From positions 1 to 64,000 of IMG/VR virus record IMGVR_UViG_3300024265_000039: a stretch of 64,000 nucleotides of DNA; one strand, given 5' to 3'. Source of the DNA: a virus. Numbering within the stretch: position 1 is the stretch's first letter; every line of letters starts with the position of its first letter. Shown one piece after another: positions 18,484 through 27,495 of this stretch. The notes below the pieces were generated by a model. It was not told the origin of the DNA and did not search any database. It saw only the letters and a list, made by a program, of their open reading frames with translations. The translations under genes were made by a program, and so were the position numbers.

Positions 18484-18895
18484 GCTACAATGGTAGTTGA
18501 GTACAAACTGAGGCTTAGTCTCAGATTGATGAACGGTCTTAAAGTGTAGGTTCGAATCCTGCCCTCGCCAAACGTGGCGGGGTAGCCCAACAGGTAGAGG
18601 CACCAGACCGAACAACCAAGCTCAGATTCTTACTCAAGACTGAGCATCGCCGTTATCGTCAAATCGACTGTTCGGAAACAGACATTGCAAGATGTGAGTT
18701 CAACTCTCACCCGTTGCTCTTGATGTACATAACCTTTCTTATGCGACGGTAGCTTAACGATAGAGCGTGCGCTGATTAGACTGATTTCCCAACTTAAATG
18801 CCGTTGGCGTGCAAAGAGACGGCAAGCGATAGTGATCGCTTAAAACGATCATAGCAAATAACCGTTCAGGGTAGGGTAACTCTGGGCGGTTTGCG
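18484..18895 (+). ncRNA. Large structured RNA with two circularly permuted tRNA-like domains (YrlA-like topology)
   Basis: T-arm, acceptor hairpin, D-arm order at 18546-18602 and 18694-18767; anticodon-like hairpin at 18832-18852. Confidence 0.75.
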
Positions 18896-18908
18896 TTATA
18901 TCAGAGAA

Positions 18909-19028
18909 ATAAAAAAACACCCGCTTGCTGCTCATGTGTGGGCAGTCTGGCGGGGTGTCCGCCTCCCCCGGTATTGGTTCTACCACCTACCGGTCAAGTT
19001 CTGAACAATTAGTTGCCCGTGTGGGCAC
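18909..19028 (-). ncRNA. Possible ~120-nt small RNA (or 16-aa peptide gene) with its own promoter and terminator
   Basis: TGTGCTATAAT at 19045-19035 on the minus strand; ends in a CACCCCGC/GCGGGTG stem plus T7. Confidence 0.35.
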
Positions 19029-19146
19029 ATAGACATTATAGCACAAAACCCCAATACATAGTATCGAGGCTTTGTGTTCTGTGATGAAACTGGCAACTCA
19101 ATTATACCACCAATTGTTTCAAGCCACAACATAGAAAGGATAGAAG

Positions 19147-19482
19147 ATGAGGCTAAAACGCGGCGAAAAATGCGGGCGGTGTGGAACCAGGCTAGAAAGA
19201 ATGGCCGATGCAACCACATTTTGTTTGCGCTGTTGGAGGGCAAATAAAGAAATGCGCATGGCTAAATGGGAGGCAATCTATAAATGCCGTCTTTGTGGGC
19301 GGCGCTGGGTCGAAAATGACACCGATGATTATGATCTGGCTATAGATATAATAAAGAACATTATCGCTGCAACGCCTTCTATGTTATCTATTGTCGCACA
19401 CATATTTTGCCCGGATGGAAGCATAGGGATCGGTGATTTTCAGGGGATGCAGAGGTCGTCAAAAAAAGAACCCGGCGCATAA
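19147..19482 (+). CDS. Zinc-finger protein
   Basis: CGRC..CLRC and CRLC..HIFC; AAGGA RBS. Confidence 0.55.
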   Translation: MRLKRGEKCGRCGTRLERMADATTFCLRCWRANKEMRMAKWEAIYKCRLCGRRWVENDTDDYDLAIDIIKNIIAATPSMLSIVAHIFCPDGSIGIGDFQGMQRSSKKEPGA

Positions 19483-19497
19483 GCCGGGTTCTTTTTG
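19461..19497. terminator. Bidirectional intrinsic terminator between convergent modules
   Basis: AAAAAAGAACCCGGC-GCATAA-GCCGGGTTCTTTTT. Confidence 0.85.
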
Positions 19498-19812
19498 GTG
19501 TGCTATTACGCCAAAGGGTTTATCTGGATACCGTGCCTTATTAGCCGTCGCAACCTCTTGGATATGCTTCCCTAGTATCCCTCCGCATATCCGCACTGAT
19601 TTTATCAGCCGTCACCTGACAGACCGGCCCCACTCTTTTAAGGATGGCTGCTTCTAAGCCCACCTCCCACACACATCCTACCCCGCACGAAGGCGAACCC
19701 AGATGTTCATCTGTTATTATACCACAAAAGACGCAGTTACTACCGCGCCCCCCATGTCTCGCACGTCACATTGATTAGATATGCCTCTACCATCTCTCCC
19801 GGTTGCGGATCG

Positions 19813-20106
19813 TCATCCCAGGTACTTAAACCGAGTCGGTTTCCGCAAACCCAACTGACCGCGATGGTAGGGGCAAACTCTCGCCCGGAACTGTATCCGG
19901 GTTCCTCTTTTCACATCATTCAATTCGGTGCGCTTGCGGTTGTAGTGCATCCAGGCATGATCGCAGAGGAGTTGGCCGTTGCAATCGGTAATGTCCCGCA
20001 CCAGCATCGTGCGATTGCCATCCAAATCCACCCCCCAACGCACGAAACGCCCCCGAACAGTCACCTGTTTCCTCTTGAGCCGCTTCAATCGTTGTCGATA
20101 CGCCAT
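19813..20106 (-). CDS. Basic hypothetical protein (OB-fold-like)
   Basis: DHAW..IQFRARVCPY..GLRKPT pattern. Confidence 0.55.
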   Translation of the reverse strand: MAYRQRLKRLKRKQVTVRGRFVRWGVDLDGNRTMLVRDITDCNGQLLCDHAWMHYNRKRTELNDVKRGTRIQFRARVCPYHRGQLGLRKPTRFKYLG

Positions 20107-20220
20107 AGGCAATGCCCTTAATGGAACAGGGAACGACGTTGGCAAATTGCCGACAGGCCATGCGAGGAGCCTGCAAATCTGGGATAGATCGTTGTCGCCG
20201 TCCCCTGATTGTTCCTTACG

Positions 20221-20454
20221 TTACTGAGATTTCCACCCATCCAATTGGACGAACTCATGGAAATCGCACCCTTCTTTCGGGCACACGACCGACGGAGTCA
20301 CCTTGCCATCCGGCGAAATCGTGTGGTCGGTCAACACCGCCAACTGGCTGCACTCAGGGCAGGTGATCGAAACACTTCTACCACCGTTGCCGGAGAGCTT
20401 CAGCCCTTTCCATGTCCCAGGGAGATAGTCGTTTGACTGGTTAGCGTTGTACAT
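20221..20454 (-). CDS. Small zinc-binding protein
   Basis: CPEC..HTISPDGKVTPSVVC..GCDFH. Confidence 0.65.
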   Translation of the reverse strand: MYNANQSNDYLPGTWKGLKLSGNGGRSVSITCPECSQLAVLTDHTISPDGKVTPSVVCPKEGCDFHEFVQLDGWKSQ

Positions 20455-20456
20455 GT

Positions 20457-21255
20457 CTAAATCTCTTTCGTGAATTCGTTATCGCAGTATCCACCAGGGG
20501 TGATCGCCACGCTGATGCTCTCCAATCGTATCCACGATCCTGCCGGAGCGGTCGCATAACCAATGTCGAGCACCAATCGCACCATAAACGCGCCTGGCTC
20601 GGTCACGCGAACTGTCCAGAAGGGGGTCAATATTAGCCCCGGTCATCTCTGGAAGCAAGACCATGCCCAGTTTAACCTCGGCTCCGTCCTGACGGGTAAT
20701 GGTCGCCTGCATCGCGTAGTTGTTGCGATGCTCGGCATATTCGGCATCCTCAACCCGGTAATCTGCGAACGCCTGGATCGAAAGGCAGGCCTCTTCATGT
20801 ACCGTCACATTGGTTTCGTAACCAACTTCCCCGGCCACAAACCCTACCCCAAACACATAACCATCATCATATTCGATAGGGATAGGATAGGTGTGATGCT
20901 CATCACCGAACAGGCCAAAGGCGTTCTCATGCAGTTGGTAGATGGAATACGTTTCCGGGCGATATTGCTCCGTGATCCCCTCGGTAATGTCCTCTTGATA
21001 CTCCGTCAGTATCGGGTTATCCAGGCAAGGGTTGGCATTGATGATCTCGAACTGACCCGGAGGCAGATTGCAATTCCGGCTATACCGGGTTGGCTCTGGT
21101 GTCCCGGTAGCCGCTTCCTGGGTAGGGGTCACCGACGTGTTGGTCGGCCAGACCGGATCATCAGTCGGCTCCGGCGTGGTCGTAACCACAATCGCCACTG
21201 GGCGGCAGGCGGCCACCAGCAGAAGGATGAGTAGTAGTAGCGCAAGCTGGCGCAT
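20457..21255 (-). CDS. Lipoprotein with an apparent frameshift at a homopolymer run (~20622)
   Basis: Lipobox LLVAAC and a Thr/Pro linker; the +1 frame continues PFWTVRVTEPGAFMVRL... to a TAG just before the next ATG. Confidence 0.6.
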
Positions 21256-21259
21256 CGTC

Positions 21260-21655
21260 CTACCCTCCCGAAGGAACCGGATCGGCTTCTCTTCCAACAA
21301 TCCCTTCCAGTCCAATACGGATTTCCTTGACAGCCTCGTCGTCAATCTTAGTCGTGGATTTGGCGGCCAGTTCTTCCAGTTTGGGCAGCACGGTTTCCAA
21401 GATCATTTGGATACCCGCCTGGCCCCACTTCGGCTGGCTGTGATACAAGGCATACAACGCCCCGCCGAAGAGCATAAACACCGCCGCGACCATACTCATG
21501 GCGATCATAAAGAGGTTATCCATCACACTGCCGTCGATGACATAGGCGTCATCCGGCAGGGCCGTCACTGTTTCCTCGGTGTCCTGTGCCATGACCGGCG
21601 TCACCACCAGCATCAACAGCACCACTACGATCAGCATTTGCATCAGATGTTTCAT
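21260..21655 (-). CDS. Membrane protein with a signal peptide (holin-like position)
   Basis: MKHLMQMLIVVVLLMLVVTPVMAQ plus one TM segment, TTKIDD motif; AAGGAG RBS. Confidence 0.6.
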   Translation of the reverse strand: MKHLMQMLIVVVLLMLVVTPVMAQDTEETVTALPDDAYVIDGSVMDNLFMIAMSMVAAVFMLFGGALYALYHSQPKWGQAGIQMILETVLPKLEELAAKSTTKIDDEAVKEIRIGLEGIVGREADPVPSGG

Positions 21656-21674
21656 GAGATTTCTCCTTTTTTTT

Positions 21675-21881
21675 CTAACGATTTTGTTCGACCTCGGCGT
21701 GAAACCACCGGATCGCCGCTTCCAGTTCGTCATACGTTTCCGCCTCATTGATGCGATGCACCAGATCATCGACCAGCCCGGCAACGGCGCTGTGTCCTTC
21801 ACTGCGCCACTGAGCGGCACGGGAGATGAGTGCCCCGCGTATTTGCCCTTTGCGTTGCTGTAGGTTCTTTATTGGGGGCAT
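21675..21881 (-). CDS. Hypothetical protein
   Basis: Coupled; GGAGG RBS. Confidence 0.55.
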   Translation of the reverse strand: MPPIKNLQQRKGQIRGALISRAAQWRSEGHSAVAGLVDDLVHRINEAETYDELEAAIRWFHAEVEQNR

Positions 21882-22303
21882 TAGGCATCCTCCCTGATCT
21901 CACCAATCCGCATGTAAAGCGGATCATCAGCCTGCAACCGTGCGTCAATGAGGTCGATCATGGCCTGCGTCGTCTGGATGACCACCACCACGCTGCCCGG
22001 AGGACTGCCAGGCGGAGCCGCGCTCTGACAAACGAACCCGCCCACGCGATGGTCTACCGTCTCCAATGCTCTCCGCGTGACATTCCAACCAAGTAACACG
22101 CCCTCTTCGTCATATGTGGCCTTCACATCGACGACACCAGCTTCCAACGCACCCTCTTCGTCCTCTGGGTAGTCGTCCTCAAGGGCGGTCGTATCACGCA
22201 TCACATCCACCTGCCTGACGACAGACTCCAGGGTTTCGCCCTCTTCCAGAGGGATAAATGCCGCGCTGCCGTCCCACCGTGTCAAAAACGTTGCTCTTAG
22301 CAT
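21881..22303 (-). CDS. Hypothetical tail-associated protein
   Basis: Coupled to the fibre gene. Confidence 0.55.
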   Translation of the reverse strand: MLRATFLTRWDGSAAFIPLEEGETLESVVRQVDVMRDTTALEDDYPEDEEGALEAGVVDVKATYDEEGVLLGWNVTRRALETVDHRVGGFVCQSAAPPGSPPGSVVVVIQTTQAMIDLIDARLQADDPLYMRIGEIREDA

Positions 22304-24544
22304 TTATAACATCCTCAATAAATCTGCCCGTAAACTGGGAACGCTCCGGTAATCTTCAGCATAGGGGCCATTTGGGAGGAACAACCCATGCAGCGTATTG
22401 GAAATGATACCGGCGTCATTGATCGTGGCTGCCTTGATGATGGCATTTCCGTCATACTTGACATTCCAGACGGTCAGATCATCTTTGATCGGATACAAAC
22501 ACACAGGCGTTCCAGCGCTATAGGTGAAGGCCGCCGAAGCTACTACGGCTAGCACACCGGCGACATACGTAATGAGGTAAATTTTGGCGTCAACTTGGTT
22601 GCAATAGGCGATGATACCGTTGGCCGGATTTTCCCAGTCATCCCAGCAGGCCGCCACACCTGCTTGTGTGTCATCAGGAATGGTCAACTTGACCGGTTGG
22701 AATGCGAAGGCGCGGTTCTGCTCGGTCAGTTGGAGCAAGTCGGCAAGCACCAATGGTTGCATAACCACATCGTCTTCGTCGCCATCAAATGACGCATCAG
22801 CGCTCAGATCAAAGGCAGCACCATTTGCCACACCAGTCTCAACAAACGTAGCATTCGTTGATCTGGCTACTCCTGGTGTTGTGCCGAATTTTGGCGTAAT
22901 TATTCCGGCAGTGCGATTGGCAACCTTATGAGTCAGTCTGTACCACGTTCCCGCCGCAAGGGGATCAACCGTCTGCCCTAAATCTGATGCAGTCCCTGCC
23001 GTTTTGGTGGCGACCCCGGCTGCAATTGCCCAGCCCGTCCCTTCGTCCCAGCCATCAGAGGAACCCAAATCGCCATCGTCAATTACGTCCGCCCCCGGAA
23101 TAATCGTCGAAAACGCCTTGTTGTCATCGGTGGCGTGGGTGTTGCCAAGCCATGTCAGGCCAGCCCCGGAACCGGCCACATCAATCGGAGCAACCAACCC
23201 ATTGGTGGTATGCAGTTCGTTGTTCTTCCACCATGCCCAGTTGCCAGAGCCGAAGATTGTATCCAGGTCGGCGCTTGTGAGTGTTTCGGCTGCTAAAGCG
23301 GCATCAATGGTTGCGATTTGCGCAGGGGTTGCCGTAATGTTTCCCAAAACAGTATCCGCGATTAGGCCTTTCCAGGGCACAGAAGGAGCAGTTGAATCTG
23401 CACCTACCACCGATTTGGCCGAATCTAACGCCCCTACCCATACGCCTAAACCCGATTGGGTCGCGCCACTCTGGGAGCCATCCAAAAAAGCTCGGAATTC
23501 ATCTACCCCCTTGTCCCACGAAGTTGCAATTCCAAACTCGTTAAGCGTCGATAACCCGCTAATCACAACAGCCTGCTGAACTCCACCCGCTCTGTAAAAC
23601 ACACTAATTCGATTATCAGTAAGGTCTTTAAATCCAAACACGCGATTGTTAGCGTCTGCACGCAATGCCACAAATTGGTGAAATGTTGCATCAACCCATA
23701 TATCTGCGTTGGGAACTTGCAGGCGTTGAATAAGCGTTCCATTCACGGGATTAAAAAACACAATCAACGCAGCGCTATAAATATCTGTATGTCCATCTCC
23801 TCCATATTGACCCGCACTTCCATTCAGGCCAACCAGAACATGCGTCCCATCCAGGCCATTGTCACCACTGTCCACCGCCACCACACTGTCAAACGTGTCG
23901 CTGGCAACCGGCACGGACACCGGCATATCGGCGATGGCGATCTTGGGATTGGCAAGGGCGGTGGGATTATTAGCCAGTAAAACAGGATAGAGAGGGGTAT
24001 TATTTCGAGTGTCGTTGATCGATACCAGAATAGGAATGCTACCAAACTCACCACCAGAAGCATATCCATAATCACCGGTTTCCCGAAGCATTTTGTATAG
24101 TTCGTAGGCAGTATCATTGGCTAATTGCAGAATGTCTGCACCCAGGCTGCCACCATCGTAGGATGCAAGATTGCGGGACGCATCAATATCAAAGGCCGCC
24201 TCGCCAGCATCGCCCGACGTATCATCGTCCCACCCGAACCGCACCAACTGCAATCCCGTCGCCTGCAACTGTGCCGCCAACGTGCGTCCCGCCACCCGCG
24301 CAAATGACTCCTCGTAGCTAAAGCGAGGATCACCCCACGCCGGAGCAGCCTTTCCAGAAGCAATCAGCAATTCACCGCCAGAGATGCTTATTTTGTTCTC
24401 TGTGTCGGTCACGTCACGGGTGTGCCCGGAATTCGAGAGTGTCCCATCGACGCTTCCCGCAGAGAAGTCCTCAGGGAACAGGTCAACCAGTTGATAGACA
24501 ATCCCTTGCCTTAACAGCAATAGTAGTTTTTGAACGCGATTCAT
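22304..24544 (-). CDS. Tail fibre/receptor-binding protein with LamG/concanavalin-like and CBM-like domains
   Basis: ATSWDKGVDEFRAFLDG LamG-like segment; Gly/Thr-rich beta composition; position. Confidence 0.6.
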   Translation of the reverse strand: MNRVQKLLLLLRQGIVYQLVDLFPEDFSAGSVDGTLSNSGHTRDVTDTENKISISGGELLIASGKAAPAWGDPRFSYEESFARVAGRTLAAQLQATGLQLVRFGWDDDTSGDAGEAAFDIDASRNLASYDGGSLGADILQLANDTAYELYKMLRETGDYGYASGGEFGSIPILVSINDTRNNTPLYPVLLANNPTALANPKIAIADMPVSVPVASDTFDSVVAVDSGDNGLDGTHVLVGLNGSAGQYGGDGHTDIYSAALIVFFNPVNGTLIQRLQVPNADIWVDATFHQFVALRADANNRVFGFKDLTDNRISVFYRAGGVQQAVVISGLSTLNEFGIATSWDKGVDEFRAFLDGSQSGATQSGLGVWVGALDSAKSVVGADSTAPSVPWKGLIADTVLGNITATPAQIATIDAALAAETLTSADLDTIFGSGNWAWWKNNELHTTNGLVAPIDVAGSGAGLTWLGNTHATDDNKAFSTIIPGADVIDDGDLGSSDGWDEGTGWAIAAGVATKTAGTASDLGQTVDPLAAGTWYRLTHKVANRTAGIITPKFGTTPGVARSTNATFVETGVANGAAFDLSADASFDGDEDDVVMQPLVLADLLQLTEQNRAFAFQPVKLTIPDDTQAGVAACWDDWENPANGIIAYCNQVDAKIYLITYVAGVLAVVASAAFTYSAGTPVCLYPIKDDLTVWNVKYDGNAIIKAATINDAGIISNTLHGLFLPNGPYAEDYRSVPSLRADLLRML

Positions 24545-24556
24545 TGCAATAGCCCC

Positions 24557-24928
24557 TTAGACCATCTGAATAGAAACGTTCACGGCATCGATCAATGCAT
24601 CGCATCCGGTGACAGAGACGGTGATAACCGAGCCGGTCACTAGTTGAAATGTCTTGGTTCCACTGGCGACCCCGGCAGCATCAGTTTCGTCAATACGGTT
24701 CAGCACATCAATGTCGGTGGCATTGTTAGGGACGTTTGCCAATTCCTCTTCAAGCCCATTCGCCAGTGTATGCGTCACAACTACATCTGTGGTCGCCCCC
24801 GGAGCTGACGCATGGTAATTGATCGATATGCGGTAAATGAGACCGTCCACTCGCCGCAGGGATTCCTTCTCGCCGGTAGCGCTACCGGCGCTTCCGGTTG
24901 TGGTGACTTTGATCTGAAGTTCTTTCAT
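24557..24928 (-). CDS. Putative virion structural protein
   Basis: Beta-rich; GGAGG RBS. Confidence 0.55.
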   Translation of the reverse strand: MKELQIKVTTTGSAGSATGEKESLRRVDGLIYRISINYHASAPGATTDVVVTHTLANGLEEELANVPNNATDIDVLNRIDETDAAGVASGTKTFQLVTGSVITVSVTGCDALIDAVNVSIQMV

Positions 24929-24940
24929 GCGATTGCCCTC

Positions 24941-25621
24941 CTATGAAGGCTGAATAATCGGGTTATCTGCGGTAGGGGTGCCCCCTGATTGTCCGTAAAT
25001 TGCCGCATCTGTTTCCAGCACGCTGGGAGCAATCCCGTTTGAGATTGATACCAGCCTTAATTGTTCCAGGCTTTGGCTCAATGTAGTAAGAATCTCCTGG
25101 ATGACAGTTTGAAGGATGCCGGTCTGCTGGTTATGCTGCGCCTGAATAACCTCTGGGAACCCAGATACAACGCCTTCCAGTTGAGTTACTGCTCCGCGCA
25201 AGGATTCTGTGGTCGTTCCATGCTGCACGATGCTGGCGGAATTGCGCTCCAGCGATACGGTCTGATTGGCAATCGCCTCGTTATTAGCGGTGATTGCAGC
25301 AATGAAGGAGTCGGTGCGCCTTCTATCATTTTCCAGCATCTGGTTGAGCAAGCCGAACAATTCTTTATCGTTTTGGCGGTCAATTTCCAGGCGCTGCAAC
25401 TTCTCTTCCACGTGGCTGTTTTTGGCTTTGGCATCGGCGCTGATTCTATCCGCCCACGCTGCCATCCAGCGTCGAATACCCCACGCCAGGGAAAGCGACA
25501 TGATGATCCCAATCCCCGCATACCAGGGCGCACCTTCCGGCAACGTGATCTCAATCGGTGTAACCTCGGCCAGAATAGGATGGATGATTGTGGTTATGAT
25601 TACGCTGTATAATCTCGTCAT
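24941..25621 (-). CDS. Membrane coiled-coil protein (possible lysis accessory)
   Basis: One TM segment plus a coiled coil; GAAGGA RBS. Confidence 0.55.
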   Translation of the reverse strand: MTRLYSVIITTIIHPILAEVTPIEITLPEGAPWYAGIGIIMSLSLAWGIRRWMAAWADRISADAKAKNSHVEEKLQRLEIDRQNDKELFGLLNQMLENDRRRTDSFIAAITANNEAIANQTVSLERNSASIVQHGTTTESLRGAVTQLEGVVSGFPEVIQAQHNQQTGILQTVIQEILTTLSQSLEQLRLVSISNGIAPSVLETDAAIYGQSGGTPTADNPIIQPS

Positions 25622-25677
25622 AGTTCGTTCCTTCGTTACGGTGACCTAGAACGTCACCCCTATCATGGTGCCCTCTT

Positions 25678-26385
25678 TTAGGCAAATGTGATGGCGTCAG
25701 ATACTACCAACTTCCCGGTAGGAAGTTTGATAACAAGGTAAAAGGTAGGAGTATTGTTTTCGGTTATATCAATATCAATATCCCCATCTGCTTCACTGAT
25801 TAGAAGCCCAGATATTTCTGCCACGTATGGGAGGATACCGCCATCTGTGCCAATTGATATGTCATCTGGTGCGCCCGTAGTGGGGGTAATCCCATTAGCG
25901 TCATCTGCTAAATAGAAAATCACAGCAGCACTGATAGCTAAATCGTTGCCGTTGTGATCGAGCAACTGAATAGCGACATTGATTACATCGCCAGCTTCGG
26001 CACCAACGACAATGGTAGCCCCGGCGGGCGCTCCGTCCGAAATACTACTAACCTGAGTATCGCGCCACCAGGTGCCATCCCACCAGAGTTCAAACAACTT
26101 GCCCGAATCAAGTAGGAAATCGTTCTCGCTTGCCAGGGAGATGTTGCCTGTTTCATGCTTGATTGTGATGGTATCCCCGGCATCAGCGCGAATGACGATG
26201 AATGGCCGGACGGTTGTTCCGGCCACAGCAAGGTCAGTGAAACCTACCGTGATCGTTTTTAACTCATCCTCAACCCCGGATTCGGCGGCAATGGTATGAA
26301 GTGTTTGAGTGGCCGTTACCACGTCAGAAACCATGGTCAGCGTACTGAAGTCATATAAGGCCAGGAAATTATGTCTTGCACCCAT
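25678..26385 (-). CDS. Putative virion structural protein
   Basis: Acidic, beta-rich; GGAGG RBS. Confidence 0.6.
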   Translation of the reverse strand: MGARHNFLALYDFSTLTMVSDVVTATQTLHTIAAESGVEDELKTITVGFTDLAVAGTTVRPFIVIRADAGDTITIKHETGNISLASENDFLLDSGKLFELWWDGTWWRDTQVSSISDGAPAGATIVVGAEAGDVINVAIQLLDHNGNDLAISAAVIFYLADDANGITPTTGAPDDISIGTDGGILPYVAEISGLLISEADGDIDIDITENNTPTFYLVIKLPTGKLVVSDAITFA

Positions 26386-26618
26386 TATTGTTCCTCCTGC
26401 TTTGGTCCTTCGCTGTCGTCCATCTCTTTAACCGGTTGCCAGCCGGGGGTTTCAACCAAAATAATTCCGGCGGTCAACATGGCCTTACTAGGGTTCAACT
26501 TTTCAATTGCATAGGTAGCCTGCAAGTTCAAACCGTACTTGGTTTGCAGGTCTTGTAGTTCGGCATTGAACCGCCGTTCCCGTTCTACTTTGGTCATCAT
26601 ATGCTTTTCCCTAGTCAT
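26385..26618 (-). CDS. Hypothetical protein (possible fibre chaperone)
   Basis: Coupled ORF. Confidence 0.5.
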   Translation of the reverse strand: MTREKHMMTKVERERRFNAELQDLQTKYGLNLQATYAIEKLNPSKAMLTAGIILVETPGWQPVKEMDDSEGPKQEEQ

Positions 26619-27495
26619 TGCATCTTTCTAATTTGGCGACCCTTGCTCTGATGTCGGTTATCTTTATATCTTGTTGCAGGATCGCATCTCTTAGTAATCT
26701 GTCTCGATTAAGCATGTCCCCTCTCGCAAACGGCAATTTTTCCCCGTTTCTCCATTTTCCCAACAAAACAATGTCATCATAGCTATCAAAAACATGGTCG
26801 GTTGCTCCAGTTTGGTCACCGTCCACAGTTAATGTACCACTGATTATGACGTTATGACCAAGTGTAATCCCCGCTCCTATCGTACTCTCCTTTAGGCTGT
26901 CAATAAATATATCGCCTTCAACCTCCAAGTCATTTTGTACCCCTAGATCAGCACCGTTCCCGGCTGTGTCGCAGAGGAGGTTGTCGAATATGTTATTCGC
27001 GGTTTGCCAATATCCAACCGTAACCATATCTGTGTCGGCTGGTGCTGGGCCAGCAATCAGCATGGAGCGTGGATTATAAGTGGCGTTCCCGATCCCGGAT
27101 TTGGGTAGAGCAAAGCGGGTTGTACCACCAGTTGATTCAGTAAAAATGAACTCTATTTTACCCGTCACAGGGCCGGCGATGTTCCTGAACAGTATCGCGC
27201 CATCGAGATCGATATTGCCAACGTTGAACGAAGTCCTCCCAATGGCGGCATTGCCTATTTGAATCATGCCGTAAGTAGGCGTTTCGGTATCGCCTACTTT
27301 GAGATCGTAATTAGTCAACTCCCCATCACCTATCCCCCTAATCGTAACTACGCCCGGTATTGCCACACTCCCATCGCCGAAGTTTTCTATTGCCGAATCA
27401 TCGCAAACCAATTTTTGTGCGTCGTCGGAGATGCGCAAAAGACAATTGGCGTGTCCTGCTAAATCAATCCCCATAGTTATGTATTGAGTAGCCAT
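26611..27495 (-). CDS. Tail fibre-like protein with a C-terminal coiled coil
   Basis: Beta-helix-like Gly-rich body; DHVFD motif and terminal coiled coil. Confidence 0.55.
   Translation of the reverse strand: MATQYITMGIDLAGHANCLLRISDDAQKLVCDDSAIENFGDGSVAIPGVVTIRGIGDGELTNYDLKVGDTETPTYGMIQIGNAAIGRTSFNVGNIDLDGAILFRNIAGPVTGKIEFIFTESTGGTTRFALPKSGIGNATYNPRSMLIAGPAPADTDMVTVGYWQTANNIFDNLLCDTAGNGADLGVQNDLEVEGDIFIDSLKESTIGAGITLGHNVIISGTLTVDGDQTGATDHVFDSYDDIVLLGKWRNGEKLPFARGDMLNRDRLLRDAILQQDIKITDIRARVAKLERCND

Noticed and set aside
18576-18717. Conventional intron-containing tRNA made from the first 5' half and the second 3' half
   Set aside because: The acceptor strands GGCGGGG and CCGTTGC do not pair; each half pairs only with its permuted partner.
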